Shown piece after piece: positions 1-21,445 of a DNA stretch of 64,000 bases. This DNA is from an uncultured Chloroflexia bacterium. Lineage in GTDB: Bacteria > Chloroflexota > Limnocylindria > Limnocylindrales > CSP1-4. The stretch's first letter is position 1. Each line of letters begins with the position of its first letter. Under the pieces are notes generated by a model that worked only from the letters and a program-made list of their open reading frames with translations, was not told the DNA's origin and made no database searches. The DNA is taken from assembly GCA_963790915.1 (NCBI GenBank), contig CAWBQS010000003.1, forward strand, positions 1,603,128-1,667,127, read 5' to 3'. The translations under genes and the position numbers were made by a program.

Positions 1-35
1 CGAGGCCAAGTAGGGGAAGACATCGGCCCGGACAT

Positions 36-112
36 AGGCGCGTAGCTCAATTTGGCAGAGCACTGGTCTCCAAAACCAGGGGTTGTGGGTTCGAGTCCCG
101 CCGCGCCTGCCA
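36..112 (+). tRNA. trnW: tRNA-Trp (anticodon CCA)
   Basis: Hand-folded cloverleaf: acceptor 36-42/102-108 (7 bp), D arm 45-48/58-61, anticodon stem 63-67/75-79 with loop CTCCAAA (CCA at 70-72), T arm 85-89/97-101 with TTCGAGT loop, discriminator G109, encoded CCA 110-112. Classic position upstream of secE-nusG. Confidence 0.9.
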
Positions 113-151
113 CCTCCGCAAGCAGCCCCAGATAAGGGAACGACGAACAAG

Positions 152-346
152 GTGATCGACAGGATCCGCCGCTACCTGGCCGAGTCCTACTCGGAGCTGA
201 AGAAGGTCACGTGGCCCACCCGGGAGCACGTCCGCAACCTGACGATCCTGGTCTTCGTCGTCAGCGCCGTCATCGGCGTCTACATCGGCTTCTTCGACGC
301 CATCTGGCGCCAGGCATTCATCATCATCACGGACACCTTCTCATGA
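152..346 (+). CDS. secE: preprotein translocase subunit SecE
   Basis: GTG at 152 is the first start downstream of the tRNA in ORF 83..346. KVTWPTR motif plus a single C-terminal TM helix ([19 protein letters not shown]). Stop overlaps the nusG ATG (ATGA). Confidence 0.75.
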   Translation: MIDRIRRYLAESYSELKKVTWPTREHVRNLTILVFVVSAVIGVYIGFFDAIWRQAFIIITDTFS

Positions 347-924
347 CCGGTTTCCTCGAGCACCTCACGGAGGTCTCGCGCCCGGAGAAGCGCTGGTACG
401 TCATCCACACGTACTCCGGCTACGAGAAGAAGGTCAAGACCAACCTCGAGCACCGCATCGAGACCATGGGCATGGAAGACAAGATCTACCAGGTCCTGGT
501 GCCCGAGGAGGACGAGATCGAGATCCGCGGCGGACAGCGTGTCACCGTCCAGAAGAAGGTCTTCCCTGGCTACGTGCTCGTGGAGATGGTCCTCGACCCG
601 GAATCCTGGTTCGTCGTCCGCAATACGCCGGGCGTGACCAGCTTCGTGGGCGGCGGCAACATCCCCGGCCAGCGCAATGAGCCGGTGCCGCTCGAGGAGC
701 ACGAGGTCAAGGGCATCCTGCGCCAGATGGGCGTGGAGACGCCGAAGTACCGTGTGGCGTTCCAGAAGGGCCAGAGCGTGCGCGTCACGGATGGCCCATT
801 CGCCGAGTTCATCGGCACGGTGGACGAAGTCAATCCGGAGCGCAACAAGCTCAAGGTCCTGGTCAGCATCTTCGGGCGGGAGACGCCCGTGGAGCTCGAC
901 TTCCTGCAGGTCGAGAAGCTCTAG
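343..924 (+). CDS. nusG: transcription termination/antitermination factor NusG
   Basis: [19 protein letters not shown] start and C-terminal KOW ([18 protein letters not shown]). ATG 343 is in frame with ORF 211..924. Confidence 0.95.
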   Translation: MTGFLEHLTEVSRPEKRWYVIHTYSGYEKKVKTNLEHRIETMGMEDKIYQVLVPEEDEIEIRGGQRVTVQKKVFPGYVLVEMVLDPESWFVVRNTPGVTSFVGGGNIPGQRNEPVPLEEHEVKGILRQMGVETPKYRVAFQKGQSVRVTDGPFAEFIGTVDEVNPERNKLKVLVSIFGRETPVELDFLQVEKL

Positions 925-973
925 CCGACCCGCCCCGGGCCCGGCACCCAACGAGGTACGACGAGACGAACCG

Positions 974-1399
974 ATGGCCAAGAAGATCCGCATCATCCTG
1001 ACCCTGCAGCTGCCCGCCGGGAAGGCCACGCCGGCCCCGCCCGTGGGTACCGCATTGGGCCCCCACGGCATCAACATCGTCGACTTCACCAAGACCTACA
1101 ACGAGCGCACCGCCGCCCAGGCCGGCCAGATCATCCCGGCCCGCATCACCATCTTCGAGGACCGCAGCTTCACGTTCGTCCTCAAGACGCCGCCCGCCGC
1201 GGACCTGCTGCGCAAGGCCGCTGGCGTGGAGCTCGGCTCCGCGACCGCCGGCCGCACCACCGTCGGCAGCGTGACGCGCGCCCAGCTCCTGGAGATCGCC
1301 GAGGTCAAGAAGGCCGACCTCAACGCCAACGACCCGGCCATGGCTGCCCGCATCATCGAGGGCACCGCGCGCTCGATGGGGATCCAGATCGTCGACTAG
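974..1399 (+). CDS. rplK: 50S ribosomal protein L11
   Basis: [34 protein letters not shown] is unmistakable L11. ATG 974 is in frame with ORF 677..1399. Confidence 0.97.
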   Translation: MAKKIRIILTLQLPAGKATPAPPVGTALGPHGINIVDFTKTYNERTAAQAGQIIPARITIFEDRSFTFVLKTPPAADLLRKAAGVELGSATAGRTTVGSVTRAQLLEIAEVKKADLNANDPAMAARIIEGTARSMGIQIVD

Positions 1400-1508
1400 C
1401 GCCACGTCGCCGACCGCCAGCCGGAGCGGTCGGCGCGCCTCCGACCGGCACGTTCACCCCGCGTCACCAGGGGGAGGCCGCAGCAGCGGCCGCCAGGAAG
1501 GGACAGAC

Positions 1509-2216
1509 ATGAGCAAGCACGGCAAGCGCTACCAGGATCTCGCCAAGCTCGTCGAGGCGGGCAAGACATACGAGCCCCTGGAGGCCATGACGCTCCTGCG
1601 GGAGACCTCGACCGTCAAGTTCGACGCCTCCGTGGAGGCCCATATCCGCCTCGGGGTGGACCCCCGCCACGCCGACCAGATGGTGCGAGGCACCGTCTCG
1701 CTTCCCAACGGCACGGGCAAGCAGGTCCGCGTGGCCGTCTTCGCCCAGGGTGACAAGGCCGCCGAGGCGACGGCGGCCGGCGCGGATGTCGTGGGGGCGG
1801 AGGACCTGGCCGCCCGCATCGAGGCTGGCTGGCTGGAGTTCGATGTGGCCGTGGCCACCCCGGACATGATGGGCAGCGTCGGCAAGCTCGGCCGCATCCT
1901 CGGCCGCCGTGGCCTGATGCCCAACCCCAAGGCCGGCACCGTCACGTTCGACCTTGAGCGCGTCATCGACGAGCTCAAGCGGGGCCGCATCGAGTTCAAG
2001 GTCGACAAGGGCGGCATCATCCACGTGCCCTTCGGCAAAGCCAGCTTCGAGCCCGAGCAGCTCGTGGCCAACCTGGCCGCCCTGACGGACGCCATCAACC
2101 GCGCGCGGCCCAAGGAGTCCAAGGGCCAGTATTTCAGGAGCCTCACCGTGGCGTCCACGATGGGACCCGGCATCCGCGTGGATGTCCCGGGTCTCCTCTC
2201 CCGGGCCGCCGCCTGA
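1509..2216 (+). CDS. rplA: 50S ribosomal protein L1
   Basis: ORF 1509..2216; [11 protein letters not shown]...[13 protein letters not shown]...[14 protein letters not shown] typical of L1. Confidence 0.97.
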   Translation: MSKHGKRYQDLAKLVEAGKTYEPLEAMTLLRETSTVKFDASVEAHIRLGVDPRHADQMVRGTVSLPNGTGKQVRVAVFAQGDKAAEATAAGADVVGAEDLAARIEAGWLEFDVAVATPDMMGSVGKLGRILGRRGLMPNPKAGTVTFDLERVIDELKRGRIEFKVDKGGIIHVPFGKASFEPEQLVANLAALTDAINRARPKESKGQYFRSLTVASTMGPGIRVDVPGLLSRAAA

Positions 2217-2521
2217 GCGCCGCGGGCAGCCAGCCCGCGACAGACGCATGACGGGCGAGAGCCCGCCAGCAGAGAAGACGTTCCGCCAGAGACAGCGTTG
2301 CGTCCGTGGACATCCTCGGGTGTCTTGCCGCGAGCCGGGTGACCGGCGCGTCGGAGCGGACCGAAATCGTCGACCGGACCGCCACGCGCGGGGACGCCGA
2401 CGGGCACGCCAAGGCAGGTGTCAGCCGGACCTTGCGTCCGGGGCTGCTCGACGCAGCGACACCCCCGTGCGGGACCACAGGGGGCGTCGCGCCAGCGGCA
2501 CCCGGAAGGAAAGGAGGACAT
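2217..2521 (+). promoter_or_regulatory. long GC-rich rplJ 5' leader (candidate L10/L12 autoregulatory leader)
   Basis: About 300 nt non-coding gap before rplJ with several imperfect hairpins (e.g. CCGGAC-CTTGC-GTCCGG, GACACCCCC...GGGGGCGTC). L10 leaders are known upstream of rplJ in Gram-positive lineages. Structure not verified. Confidence 0.3.
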
Positions 2522-3043
2522 ATGCCCACAGAAGCCAAGCAGGCTGAGATCAGCGAGCTCGTCGAGCTCCTCAAGGACTCGACGATCACCGTCGTCTCCG
2601 ACTATCGCGGTCTGTCCGTGGCTGCCCTGTCCAAGGTGCGCAAGGACTTGCGCGAGAAGGACATCCGCTATCGCGTCGTCAAGAACCGCCTCGCACGCAT
2701 CGCGGCCGAGCAGGCCGGACGCACCGAACTGATCCCGCTGCTCAGCGGGCCCAGCGCCCTGGCCGTCGGCGGCGCCGACGAACCCAGCCTGGCCAAGGCC
2801 GTCATCGACGCCACCAAGCCTTTCAAGGTGGAGATCCGTGGCGCGGCCATGAGCGGCCAGACCGTGGACGCGGCCGCTGTCACGACCCTTGCCGCGCTAC
2901 CCCCGCGCGACGTCCTGCTGGCCCAACTGGCCGGTGCCGTCTCGTCGCCGCTGAGCACCATGGCCGGCCTCCTGGCCGCCCCGCTGCGCAATCTCGGATA
3001 TGGCCTGCTGCAGCTCAAGGAGCGGCGCGAAGCCGCCGCCTGA
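2522..3043 (+). CDS. rplJ: 50S ribosomal protein L10
   Basis: ATG 2522 preceded by AAGGAGG (2511-2517). [34 protein letters not shown] is L10-like. Confidence 0.95.
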   Translation: MPTEAKQAEISELVELLKDSTITVVSDYRGLSVAALSKVRKDLREKDIRYRVVKNRLARIAAEQAGRTELIPLLSGPSALAVGGADEPSLAKAVIDATKPFKVEIRGAAMSGQTVDAAAVTTLAALPPRDVLLAQLAGAVSSPLSTMAGLLAAPLRNLGYGLLQLKERREAAA

Positions 3044-3105
3044 GCACTGCGCCGCGGCGCCAGCCTCTCACCGCTCTACATCCCGACGAAAGGAACGACC
3101 ACCAC

Positions 3106-3495
3106 ATGGCGAGCAAGCTTTCCCAGTCCGACATCCTCGAGGCCATCGACGGCATGACCGTCCTCGAGCTCTCCGAGTTCATCAAGGCCTTCGAGGAGCG
3201 CTACGGCGTCACCGCGGCGGCCCCCGCGGCCGCGGCCGCGGCCGCGGCGCCGCTGGCGGCCGAAGTCGAGGCGGTCGAGGAGCAGACGGAGTTCACGGCC
3301 ATCCTGGCCGAGGTCGGGGCCAACAAGATCCCGGTCATCAAGGTCGTCCGTGAGCTCACCGGCCTTGGCCTCAAGGAGGCCAAGGACCTCGTCGACGCCG
3401 CTCCCAAGCCTGTCAAGGAGGGCGTGGACAAGGCCGAGGCCGAGAAGATCAAGGCTGCCCTCGAGGAGCAGGGCGCCAGGGTCGAGATCAAGTAG
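3106..3495 (+). CDS. rplL: 50S ribosomal protein L7/L12
   Basis: ORF 3106..3495; Ala-rich hinge and [25 protein letters not shown]-terminal domain. Confidence 0.97.
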   Translation: MASKLSQSDILEAIDGMTVLELSEFIKAFEERYGVTAAAPAAAAAAAAPLAAEVEAVEEQTEFTAILAEVGANKIPVIKVVRELTGLGLKEAKDLVDAAPKPVKEGVDKAEAEKIKAALEEQGARVEIK

Positions 3496-3509
3496 CCCGC
3501 GCACCCGGC

Positions 3510-3535
3510 GGGGGAGGCCAGCTCTGGCCTCCCCC
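3510..3535 (+). terminator. stem-loop after rplL (attenuator/terminator between rplL and rpoB)
   Basis: GGGGGAGGCCA (3510-3520), GCTC loop, TGGCCTCCCCC (3525-3535): perfect 11-bp stem 15 nt after the rplL stop. Only a weak T tract follows. Confidence 0.55.
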
Positions 3536-3592
3536 GTTCCTGATTCCGACGCCGGTCGCTTCGTGTCGGGGGGACACCGACGCTGGCCGCTG

Positions 3593-3621
3593 TTGACCGG
3601 TGGCTCGTTCCGCGGTACCAT
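3593..3621 (+). promoter_or_regulatory. candidate sigma-70-type promoter for rpoBC
   Basis: TTGACC (3593-3598), N17, TACCAT (3616-3621), about 95 nt upstream of the rpoB ATG. Confidence 0.35.
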
Positions 3622-3715
3622 ACGCGGTCGGTGAGCGCGGCTTCTCTTGTCCCAATGACCCTCTTCGTCGGATTCCCATGCCTTGTTCGCCTCGCTCCCG
3701 AGGCAGGAGTGCCCC

Positions 3716-7182
<3,467 letters not shown>

Positions 7183-7271
7183 ACGACGTGGCGCGGGGAG
7201 GAGGGCCCGGTTCCTGACCGGCCCGCCCGCGCATCCCGCATCGCTGACCGTGCTGCGGCCGAAGGAGAACG

Positions 7272-11813
<4,542 letters not shown>

Positions 11814-11820
11814 TCCCGGT

Positions 11821-11854
11821 GACCCGGCCGGCGTCTGCCCACGCCGGTCGGGTC
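11821..11854 (+). terminator. stem-loop after rpoC
   Basis: GACCCGGCCGGCG (11821-11833), 8-nt loop, CGCCGGTCGGGTC (11842-11854): 13 bp with one G-U, 8 nt after the rpoC stop. No clear U tract. Confidence 0.45.
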
Positions 11855-11907
11855 AGCCTGCCCGGCTCGATGGCAGCTGCCGGGCGAGCTACCGCCCGTT
11901 CCCTCGT

Positions 11908-11936
11908 TTGACGCTGCCGAGGTGCGCTGCTAGACT
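11908..11936 (+). promoter_or_regulatory. candidate sigma-70-type promoter for the str operon
   Basis: TTGACG (11908-11913), N17, TAGACT (11931-11936). Would give a leader of roughly 210 nt before rpsL. Confidence 0.45.
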
Positions 11937-12154
11937 TCGCGGTCGCGGCCGGAACGGCTGCGTCGGTGTCTGCCTGTCGCCTGCGGGTGCGGCAGCACCG
12001 GGCGGCACTCCCGCGAGGGGGCCCGCGAGCGGGACCTGACCCGGGACCCAGTCCGCCGCCGCATCAGACGAGAAGACAACGACATCAGGACCGTGTGCGC
12101 TGCGCGCGGCCCGCAGACGGACAGGACGTCCATCGAGGAGGCGACGAGAGCTCC

Positions 12155-12568
12155 GTGCCGACCATCAGCCAGCTGGTGCGCAAGGGCCGCCAGCCCAAGC
12201 AGGCGAAGATCAAGGCCCCGGCGATGCGCAAGAACTGGAACAGTCTGCGCCAGCGCCAGGTCCCCACGCCCGGCGCTCCGCAGAAGCGCGGCGTGTGCCT
12301 GCAGGTGCGCACCATGACGCCGAAGAAGCCCAACTCGGCCCTGCGCAAGATCGCACGCGTGCGCCTCACCAACCAGATGGAGGTCACGGCCTACATCCCG
12401 GGCATCGGCCACAACCTGCAGGAGCACTCCGTCGTGCTCGTGCGCGGTGGCCGCGTCAAGGACCTTCCCTCGGTGAAGTACCACATCATCCGCGGCACCC
12501 TGGATGCCGCTGGCGTCAACAACCGCAGGCAGGGCCGCTCCCTGTACGGCGCCAAGAGGCCCAAGTAA
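12155..12568 (+). CDS. rpsL: 30S ribosomal protein S12 (with about 14-aa N-terminal-region insertion)
   Basis: GTG 12155 gives [12 protein letters not shown]... The conserved [18 protein letters not shown] and GGRVKDLP motifs are present. The upstream part of ORF 11966..12568 is non-homologous. Confidence 0.93.
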   Translation: MPTISQLVRKGRQPKQAKIKAPAMRKNWNSLRQRQVPTPGAPQKRGVCLQVRTMTPKKPNSALRKIARVRLTNQMEVTAYIPGIGHNLQEHSVVLVRGGRVKDLPSVKYHIIRGTLDAAGVNNRRQGRSLYGAKRPK

Positions 12569-13032
12569 TGCCCCGTCGATCGCAGATCCCGCGCAAGTCC
12601 AAGTACTCGCAGCCGCTCGTGCGCAACACGGACCGCTTCACCGTCAAGCTCATGCGCGACGGCAAGAAGGGCCTCGCGGAGAAGATCCTGCGCCAGGCGC
12701 TGGCGCGTGCGGAGGCTTCCGCCGGCCGACCCGGCCTGGAGGTCCTGGACCTGGCCCTGCGCAACGCCACCCCGCTCATCGAGGTCAAGCCGCGCCGCGT
12801 CGGTGGCGCCACGTATCAGGTGCCCGTGGAGATCCGCGGCGATCGCCGCAACTCCCTGGGCGTGCGCTGGCTCGTGCAGGCCGCCCGCAAGCGCAGTGGC
12901 AAGTCCATGAGCGAGAAGCTCGCCTTCGAGCTGGTGGACGCCATGAATGGCCTCGGTGCGGCCGTCAAGCGGCGCGAGGACACCCACAAGATGGCGGACG
13001 CCAACCGCGCGTTCAGCCACTTCCGCTGGTAG
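12568..13032 (+). CDS. rpsG: 30S ribosomal protein S7
   Basis: ATG 12568 overlaps the rpsL TAA (TAATG). [10 protein letters not shown]...[11 protein letters not shown]...[14 protein letters not shown]. Confidence 0.96.
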   Translation: MPRRSQIPRKSKYSQPLVRNTDRFTVKLMRDGKKGLAEKILRQALARAEASAGRPGLEVLDLALRNATPLIEVKPRRVGGATYQVPVEIRGDRRNSLGVRWLVQAARKRSGKSMSEKLAFELVDAMNGLGAAVKRREDTHKMADANRAFSHFRW

Positions 13033-13063
13033 GCGGGAACAGGTAGCAGGGGCACCCGTACTC

Positions 13064-15139
<2,076 letters not shown>

Positions 15140-15200
15140 GCGATCAGCCACCACCAGGACAGAGCAGTAGAAGTCAAGACGCAGCAGAGGGACGACGAGG

Positions 15201-16397
<1,197 letters not shown>

Positions 16398-16401
16398 GAC
16401 C

Positions 16402-16710
16402 ATGGCGCGGCAGCGGATCAGGATCCGCCTCAAGGCATACGATCACCGGCTGCTCGACCAGTCGGCGCTCCAGATCGTGGAGACCGCCCAGCGCACCGGT
16501 GCCGAGGTCGTCGGACCGGTTCCGCTGCCGACCCGGATCGAGAAGTTCACGGTGCTTCGCTCACCGTTCATCGACAAGGACAGCCGGGAGCAGTTCGAGA
16601 TCCGCACTCACAAGCGGCTCATCGACATCCTGGACCCCTCGTCCAAGACCGTCGACGCCCTCATGCGGCTTTCGCTGGCGGCTGGCGTCGACATCGAGAT
16701 CAGGATGTAG
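16402..16710 (+). CDS. rpsJ: 30S ribosomal protein S10
   Basis: ATG 16402, 4 nt after the tuf stop. [21 protein letters not shown]...[14 protein letters not shown]. Confidence 0.96.
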   Translation: MARQRIRIRLKAYDHRLLDQSALQIVETAQRTGAEVVGPVPLPTRIEKFTVLRSPFIDKDSREQFEIRTHKRLIDILDPSSKTVDALMRLSLAAGVDIEIRM

Positions 16711-17319
16711 ATGGCTATCGGGGTGATCGGCCGCAAGGTCGGCATGACACAGGTCTTCGCAGAGGACGGCACCATGGTGCCGGTCTCCGTGCTGTCCATC
16801 GAACCCAACACCGTCACCGTGGTGCGCACCCTGGAGCGTGACGGCTACACGGCCGTGCAGGTCGGTGCGGGCACTGCCCGCCACCTCAGCAAGCCCCGCC
16901 TGGGCCAGCTGCGCGACCTGCCGCGCGTGCGCGACGTGCGCGAGTTCCGCGTCGAGGACGTGAGTGAGTACCAGGTCGGCCAGACGCTCGACGTCGGCCT
17001 CTTCGAGGCAGGGGAGTCCGTGGACATCACGGGCGTCTCCAAAGGCAAGGGTTTCGCCGGCACAGTCAAGCGCCACCACTTCCGCCGCGGCCCCGAGACG
17101 CACGGTTCGGACTCCCACCGTGCCCCGGGCTCCATCGGCGGCGGCACGACGCCCGGCAAGGTCTTCAAGGGCACGGGCATGGCCGGTCATATGGGCCACG
17201 ACCGGGTCACCGTCAAGGGCGCCACGATCGTCCGCACGGATGCTGCCCGCAACCTCATCCTCGTGCGCGGTCCTGTCCCCGGCCCGCGCAACGCCCTCGT
17301 CCTGGTCAGGAAGGCGTAG
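16711..17319 (+). CDS. rplC: 50S ribosomal protein L3
   Basis: ORF 16711..17319; GVIGRKVGMTQVF...GKGFAGTVKRHHF. Confidence 0.97.
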   Translation: MAIGVIGRKVGMTQVFAEDGTMVPVSVLSIEPNTVTVVRTLERDGYTAVQVGAGTARHLSKPRLGQLRDLPRVRDVREFRVEDVSEYQVGQTLDVGLFEAGESVDITGVSKGKGFAGTVKRHHFRRGPETHGSDSHRAPGSIGGGTTPGKVFKGTGMAGHMGHDRVTVKGATIVRTDAARNLILVRGPVPGPRNALVLVRKA

Positions 17320-17321
17320 CC

Positions 17322-17945
17322 ATGCCCACGATCGCTCTCTTCGACAAGAACGGTGCCGAGACTGGCACCATCGATCTGCCGGACGCGCTCTTCGCGGCAC
17401 CGATCCGGACGGCCCTCATGCACCAGGCCGTCGTGGCCCAGCTGGCCGGCCGGCGTACCGGCACGTCCGCCACCAAGACGCGCGGCATGGTCCGCGGTGG
17501 CGGCAAGAAGCCGTATCGCCAGAAGGGCACCGGCCGCGCCCGCCAGGGCTCCCGCTCGGCGCCGCATTATGCCGGCGGTGGCGTGGTCTTCGGACCCAGC
17601 CCGCGCAGCTACGAGCAGCGTCTGCCACGGCGCATGAAGCGCTCCGCCCTCGTGGGTGCCCTGACCAGCAAGTTCGATGACGGGGCCATCACGGTCGTCA
17701 GCGACCTCGTGCTCGATGAGATCAGGACCCGGGTCCTCCTGGGTCACCTCGACGCGCTCAAGGTCGGTGGTCGCATCCTCCTCGTCGAGGACGGCAAGAA
17801 CGAGCGCCTGGAGCTCTCCGCGCGGAACCTGCCGCGCGTCACGGTCATCCGCTCCGACTCCCTGAACATCGTCGACGTGCTCAACGCTGACGCCATCGTC
17901 ATCACGGCGCCGTCGATCCCGACCATGTCGGAGGTGTACGCATGA
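17322..17945 (+). CDS. rplD: 50S ribosomal protein L4
   Basis: ORF 17322..17945; GGGKKPYRQKGTGRARQGS motif. Confidence 0.96.
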   Translation: MPTIALFDKNGAETGTIDLPDALFAAPIRTALMHQAVVAQLAGRRTGTSATKTRGMVRGGGKKPYRQKGTGRARQGSRSAPHYAGGGVVFGPSPRSYEQRLPRRMKRSALVGALTSKFDDGAITVVSDLVLDEIRTRVLLGHLDALKVGGRILLVEDGKNERLELSARNLPRVTVIRSDSLNIVDVLNADAIVITAPSIPTMSEVYA

Positions 17946-18244
17946 CGCTGCAGGCGACCCAGGTGGTGTTGCGTCCGGTCATCAGCGAGAAGTCGATGGA
18001 CCAGACCAATCGTCACAAGTACACGTTCGCCGTCGCTGACGTCGCCAACAAGCTGCAGATCAAGGCGGCCGTGGAGGAGCTCTTCAAGGTCACTGTGCTG
18101 GACGTCAACGTGCTGACCAGCAAGCGCAAGGAGAAGTCCCGCAACCGCCGTCGCGGACGCCAGGTCGGCTACTCGTCACCCTGGAAGAAGGCCATCGTGA
18201 CCGTCAAGGCCGGCGACACGATCCAGTTCTTCGAAGGGGTCTAG
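17942..18244 (+). CDS. rplW: 50S ribosomal protein L23
   Basis: ATGA overlap with rplD; [11 protein letters not shown]...KYTFAV...KKAIVTV. Confidence 0.95.
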   Translation: MTLQATQVVLRPVISEKSMDQTNRHKYTFAVADVANKLQIKAAVEELFKVTVLDVNVLTSKRKEKSRNRRRGRQVGYSSPWKKAIVTVKAGDTIQFFEGV

Positions 18245-18246
18245 CC

Positions 18247-19074
18247 ATGCCCATCCGCAGCTACAAGCCGACCTCGCCCGGGCGCCGCTTCATGACGCGC
18301 TCGACGTTCGAGGAGATCACCACTGACAAGCCCCACAAGCCGCTCCTGGAGGCGCAGAAGCGTGGCTCCGGCCGGAACCAGCAGGGCCGCCTGACCGTCC
18401 GCCATCGTGGCGGCGGTGCCAAGCAGCATTACCGTCGCATCGACTTCCGGCGCGACAAGCTGGACGTGCCGGCCAAGCTGGCCACCATCGAGTACGACCC
18501 CAACCGCTCGGCGCGCATCGGCCTGCTGCACTACGCGGACGGCGAGAAGCGCTACATCCTCGTGCCGCACGGCCTGCAGGTGGGTGACACCGTCATCGCG
18601 GGCGAGCGCGCCGAGGCCCGTGTCGGCAACGCCCTGCCGCTGCGCAACGTCCCCCTGGGCACGCAGCTGCACAACATCGAGCTGGTGCCCGGCCGTGGCG
18701 GTCAGATCGTCCGTTCAGCCGGCGTCTCCGCGCAGCTGATGGCCAAGGAGGGCACGCACGCCCTGGTTCGACTGCCCTCCGGCGAGGTCCGGCGCGTGGA
18801 CATGCGCTGCATGGCCACCGTCGGTCAGGTCGGCAACATCGATCACGAGAACCAGAGCCTCGGCAAGGCCGGCCGTGCCCGTCACCTGGGCCAGCGGCCC
18901 GAGGTGCGCGGCGTGGTCATGAACCCCAGGGACCATCCGCACGGTGGTGGTGAGGGCAAGTCGCCCACGGGCATGCCGCCCAAGACGCCCTGGGGCCAGC
19001 CGGCCATGGGTCACCGCACCCGCACGAACAAGACCACCGGGAGGCTCATCGCGACCTCCCGGCACCGCAAGTAG
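18247..19074 (+). CDS. rplB: 50S ribosomal protein L2
   Basis: ORF 18247..19074; [16 protein letters not shown]...[14 protein letters not shown]. Confidence 0.98.
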   Translation: MPIRSYKPTSPGRRFMTRSTFEEITTDKPHKPLLEAQKRGSGRNQQGRLTVRHRGGGAKQHYRRIDFRRDKLDVPAKLATIEYDPNRSARIGLLHYADGEKRYILVPHGLQVGDTVIAGERAEARVGNALPLRNVPLGTQLHNIELVPGRGGQIVRSAGVSAQLMAKEGTHALVRLPSGEVRRVDMRCMATVGQVGNIDHENQSLGKAGRARHLGQRPEVRGVVMNPRDHPHGGGEGKSPTGMPPKTPWGQPAMGHRTRTNKTTGRLIATSRHRK

Positions 19075-19088
19075 GCAGGAGGAGCGTC

Positions 19089-19373
19089 ATGTCACGTTCC
19101 CTCAAGAAGGGACCGTACGTCGAGCCGCGGCTCCTCGCCCGCGTGCAGACGATGAACCGCAGCAACGAGAAGCAGGTGCTCAAGACCTGGTCGCGAGCAA
19201 GCGTCATCTTCCCCGACTTCATCGGGCATACCGTGGCCGTCTACAACGGCCGCAAGCATGTGCCGGTCTTCATCTCCGAGAACATGGTCGGCCACCGACT
19301 CGGTGAGTTCGCCCCCACCCGCGCCTTCCGCGGGCATGGGCGGCACACCGAGCGGTCGACGGCGCTGAAGTAG
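19089..19373 (+). CDS. rpsS: 30S ribosomal protein S19
   Basis: [11 protein letters not shown]...[16 protein letters not shown]...[11 protein letters not shown]. Confidence 0.97.
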   Translation: MSRSLKKGPYVEPRLLARVQTMNRSNEKQVLKTWSRASVIFPDFIGHTVAVYNGRKHVPVFISENMVGHRLGEFAPTRAFRGHGRHTERSTALK

Positions 19374-19383
19374 GGCCGCGCAC

Positions 19384-19722
19384 GTGCGAGTCTCCGCTAC
19401 CGCCAAGTACATCCGCCGCTCCACGCGCAAGACGCGCCTGGTGACCCGGGCTATCGTCGGGCGACCCGTCGAGGAGGCCCAGGCGATCCTGCGCTTCATG
19501 CCGCAGGGTGCCGCCCGGGACGTGGCCAAGGTGCTCAAGAGCGCCACGGCCAACGCCGAGAACAACCACGATCTGGCCGCCGACGATCTCTTCGTCGCGG
19601 CGGCCATCGCCGATGAGGGACCCACTATCAAGCGCTGGCGACCACGCGCCCAGGGGCGCGCCTTCCCCATCCACAAGCCCATGACCCACATCACGGTCGT
19701 GGTCGAGAACCGGGAGGCCTAG
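19384..19722 (+). CDS. rplV: 50S ribosomal protein L22
   Basis: GTG 19384; [16 protein letters not shown]...[24 protein letters not shown]. Confidence 0.96.
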   Translation: MRVSATAKYIRRSTRKTRLVTRAIVGRPVEEAQAILRFMPQGAARDVAKVLKSATANAENNHDLAADDLFVAAAIADEGPTIKRWRPRAQGRAFPIHKPMTHITVVVENREA

Positions 19723-19724
19723 GC

Positions 19725-20396
19725 ATGGGACACAAGGTCCATCCCAATGGCTTCCGCCTGGGCATCTCGCGCACCTGGAACGCCAAGTGGTACTCCGACA
19801 AGGACTACCGCGACCTGCTGCGCGAGGACATCACCATCCGCAGCCTGGTGACCCGGCGGCTCGCGAACGCCAGCGTCTCGCTCGTCGAGATCGAACGCGG
19901 CATCAACCACGTCACCGTGACGGTCCACACCGCCAAGCCGGGCATCGTCATCGGCAAGGGCGGGGCCAATGTCGAGGCGCTGCGCGCCGCGGTGGGCCGG
20001 CTCACCGACCGCAAGGTCAAGCTGGAGATCCGCGAGATCCGCCAGCCGGAGCTGGATGCCGTCCTGGTAGCCACCAACATCGCCCAGCAGTTGACGCGGC
20101 GCATCGCCTTCCGCAAGGCCATCAAGCAGTCGATCCAGCGCAGCATGAAGGCCGGCGCCAAGGGCGTGAAGGTCCAGGTCTCGGGTCGCCTCGGCGGCTC
20201 GGAGATGGCCCGCCGTGAGTGGGACCGCGAAGGTCGCATCCCGCTGGGGACGCTGCGCGCGGACATCAGCTACGGCCAGGTGCTCTCGCGAACGACCTAC
20301 GGCGCCATCGGCGTCAAGGTCTGGATCTACCGTGGCGAGGTCCTGCCCGAGCGGACCACGCCCAGCGAGCCGGCTGTCTCCGGGGCAGGGGTGTAG
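19725..20396 (+). CDS. rpsC: 30S ribosomal protein S3
   Basis: [13 protein letters not shown]...[10 protein letters not shown] (KH domain)...[10 protein letters not shown]. Confidence 0.97.
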   Translation: MGHKVHPNGFRLGISRTWNAKWYSDKDYRDLLREDITIRSLVTRRLANASVSLVEIERGINHVTVTVHTAKPGIVIGKGGANVEALRAAVGRLTDRKVKLEIREIRQPELDAVLVATNIAQQLTRRIAFRKAIKQSIQRSMKAGAKGVKVQVSGRLGGSEMARREWDREGRIPLGTLRADISYGQVLSRTTYGAIGVKVWIYRGEVLPERTTPSEPAVSGAGV

Positions 20397-20398
20397 CC

Positions 20399-20827
20399 AT
20401 GCTGATGCCCCGTCGAGTCAAACACCGCAAGCAGCAGCGCGGCCGAATGAGCGGCATCGCCAAGGGCGGCACCAGCATCGCCTTCGGCGAGTACGCGCTG
20501 ATGACCGAGGAGTGCGGGTACATCACCAGCCGCCAGATCGAGGCGGCCCGCCGCGCCATGACCCGCTACGTCCGTCGCGGCGGCAAGATCTGGATCCGCA
20601 TCTTCCCGGACAAGCCGGTCACCAAGAAGCCCGCCGAGGTCCGCATGGGCAAGGGCAAGGGCGCGCCCGACCATTGGGTCGCCGTCGTCAAGCCCGGCCG
20701 CATCCTGTTCGAGATGGCCGGGGTCACCCACGAGGACGCCGTGGAAGCCATGCGTCTGGCCAGCCACAAGCTGCCCACCGCCGTCAAGTTCCTGGTCCGG
20801 GAGGGGGCCCACGATGGAGATCGCTAA
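20399..20827 (+). CDS. rplP: 50S ribosomal protein L16
   Basis: ATG 20399 gives [17 protein letters not shown]...[24 protein letters not shown]. Confidence 0.96.
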   Translation: MLMPRRVKHRKQQRGRMSGIAKGGTSIAFGEYALMTEECGYITSRQIEAARRAMTRYVRRGGKIWIRIFPDKPVTKKPAEVRMGKGKGAPDHWVAVVKPGRILFEMAGVTHEDAVEAMRLASHKLPTAVKFLVREGAHDGDR

Positions 20828-21050
20828 GGCTCGAACCCTCTCGGAGCGTGAGCTCGTGGACGAGCTGGCGTCGGCCCGACGTCACCTCTACGACCTGCGC
20901 TTCCAGCTGGCCACCCGCCAGCTCACCGATTACAGCCAGATCTCGCAGACGCGGCGTGACATCGCCCGGTTGCTGACCGTGCAGGGCGAGCGCGAGCTCG
21001 AGGCTCGATCAGCGGCGGCGCGCGTGGCCGCGCCTGCCGGAGGGAAGTGA
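20814..21050 (+). CDS. rpmC: 50S ribosomal protein L29
   Basis: [25 protein letters not shown] typical of L29. Overlaps rplP by 14 nt. Confidence 0.9.
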   Translation: MEIAKARTLSERELVDELASARRHLYDLRFQLATRQLTDYSQISQTRRDIARLLTVQGERELEARSAAARVAAPAGGK

Positions 21051-21445
21051 TGTCCGCCGTGACAGCCACCGTGCGTGGCAAGCGCAAGGCCAAGGTCGGC
21101 CGGGTCGTGTCCGACAAGATGGACAAGACCATCGTCGTCTCGGTCGAACGCCTGGCCCGCCACCGGATCTACAAGCGCGTCATCCGCCTGACCACGAAGT
21201 TCAAGGCGCATGACGAGCGCAACGAGGCCCACGTGGGCGACACGGTGCGCATCGAGGAGGCCCGGCCACTGTCGGCCACCAAGCGCTGGCGCCTGGTGGA
21301 GATCGTGGCCCGTGCCAGCGATGGTGCCGGTGTGCCGGTCGTGGCCGAGGAGCCCGAGACCGCGGAGGCCATCCACATGGCCGCCCATCCCGGCCGCGAC
21401 GCGGCCGAGGTCGAAGCGGTCCCCGGTGAGGAGGCCAGCGCATGA
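21047..21445 (+). CDS. rpsQ: 30S ribosomal protein S17 (with about 45-aa C-terminal extension)
   Basis: GTG 21047 / ATG 21050 after GGAGGG; [17 protein letters not shown]...[27 protein letters not shown]. Confidence 0.93.
   Translation: MMSAVTATVRGKRKAKVGRVVSDKMDKTIVVSVERLARHRIYKRVIRLTTKFKAHDERNEAHVGDTVRIEEARPLSATKRWRLVEIVARASDGAGVPVVAEEPETAEAIHMAAHPGRDAAEVEAVPGEEASA

Noticed and set aside
2306-2521. A 72-aa N-terminal extension of L10 from GTG 2306.
   Set aside because: There is no SD before 2306, a strong AAGGAGG precedes ATG 2522, and the extension has no similarity to L10. I noted it only as an oddity because of its high third-position G/C.
11966-12154. ORF-track N-terminal extensions taken at face value: rpsL from 11966, fusA from 12947, truA from 31916, glmM from 34589, tsaB from 44097, tsaD from 45505, the polyprenyl synthase from 53514, the PyrK-like gene from 59327, and rpsE, rpmD, rplP and rpsH similarly.
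   Set aside because: The extensions overlap upstream genes or intergenic regions and lack homology. Internal ATG or GTG starts give canonical N-termini and normal lengths.
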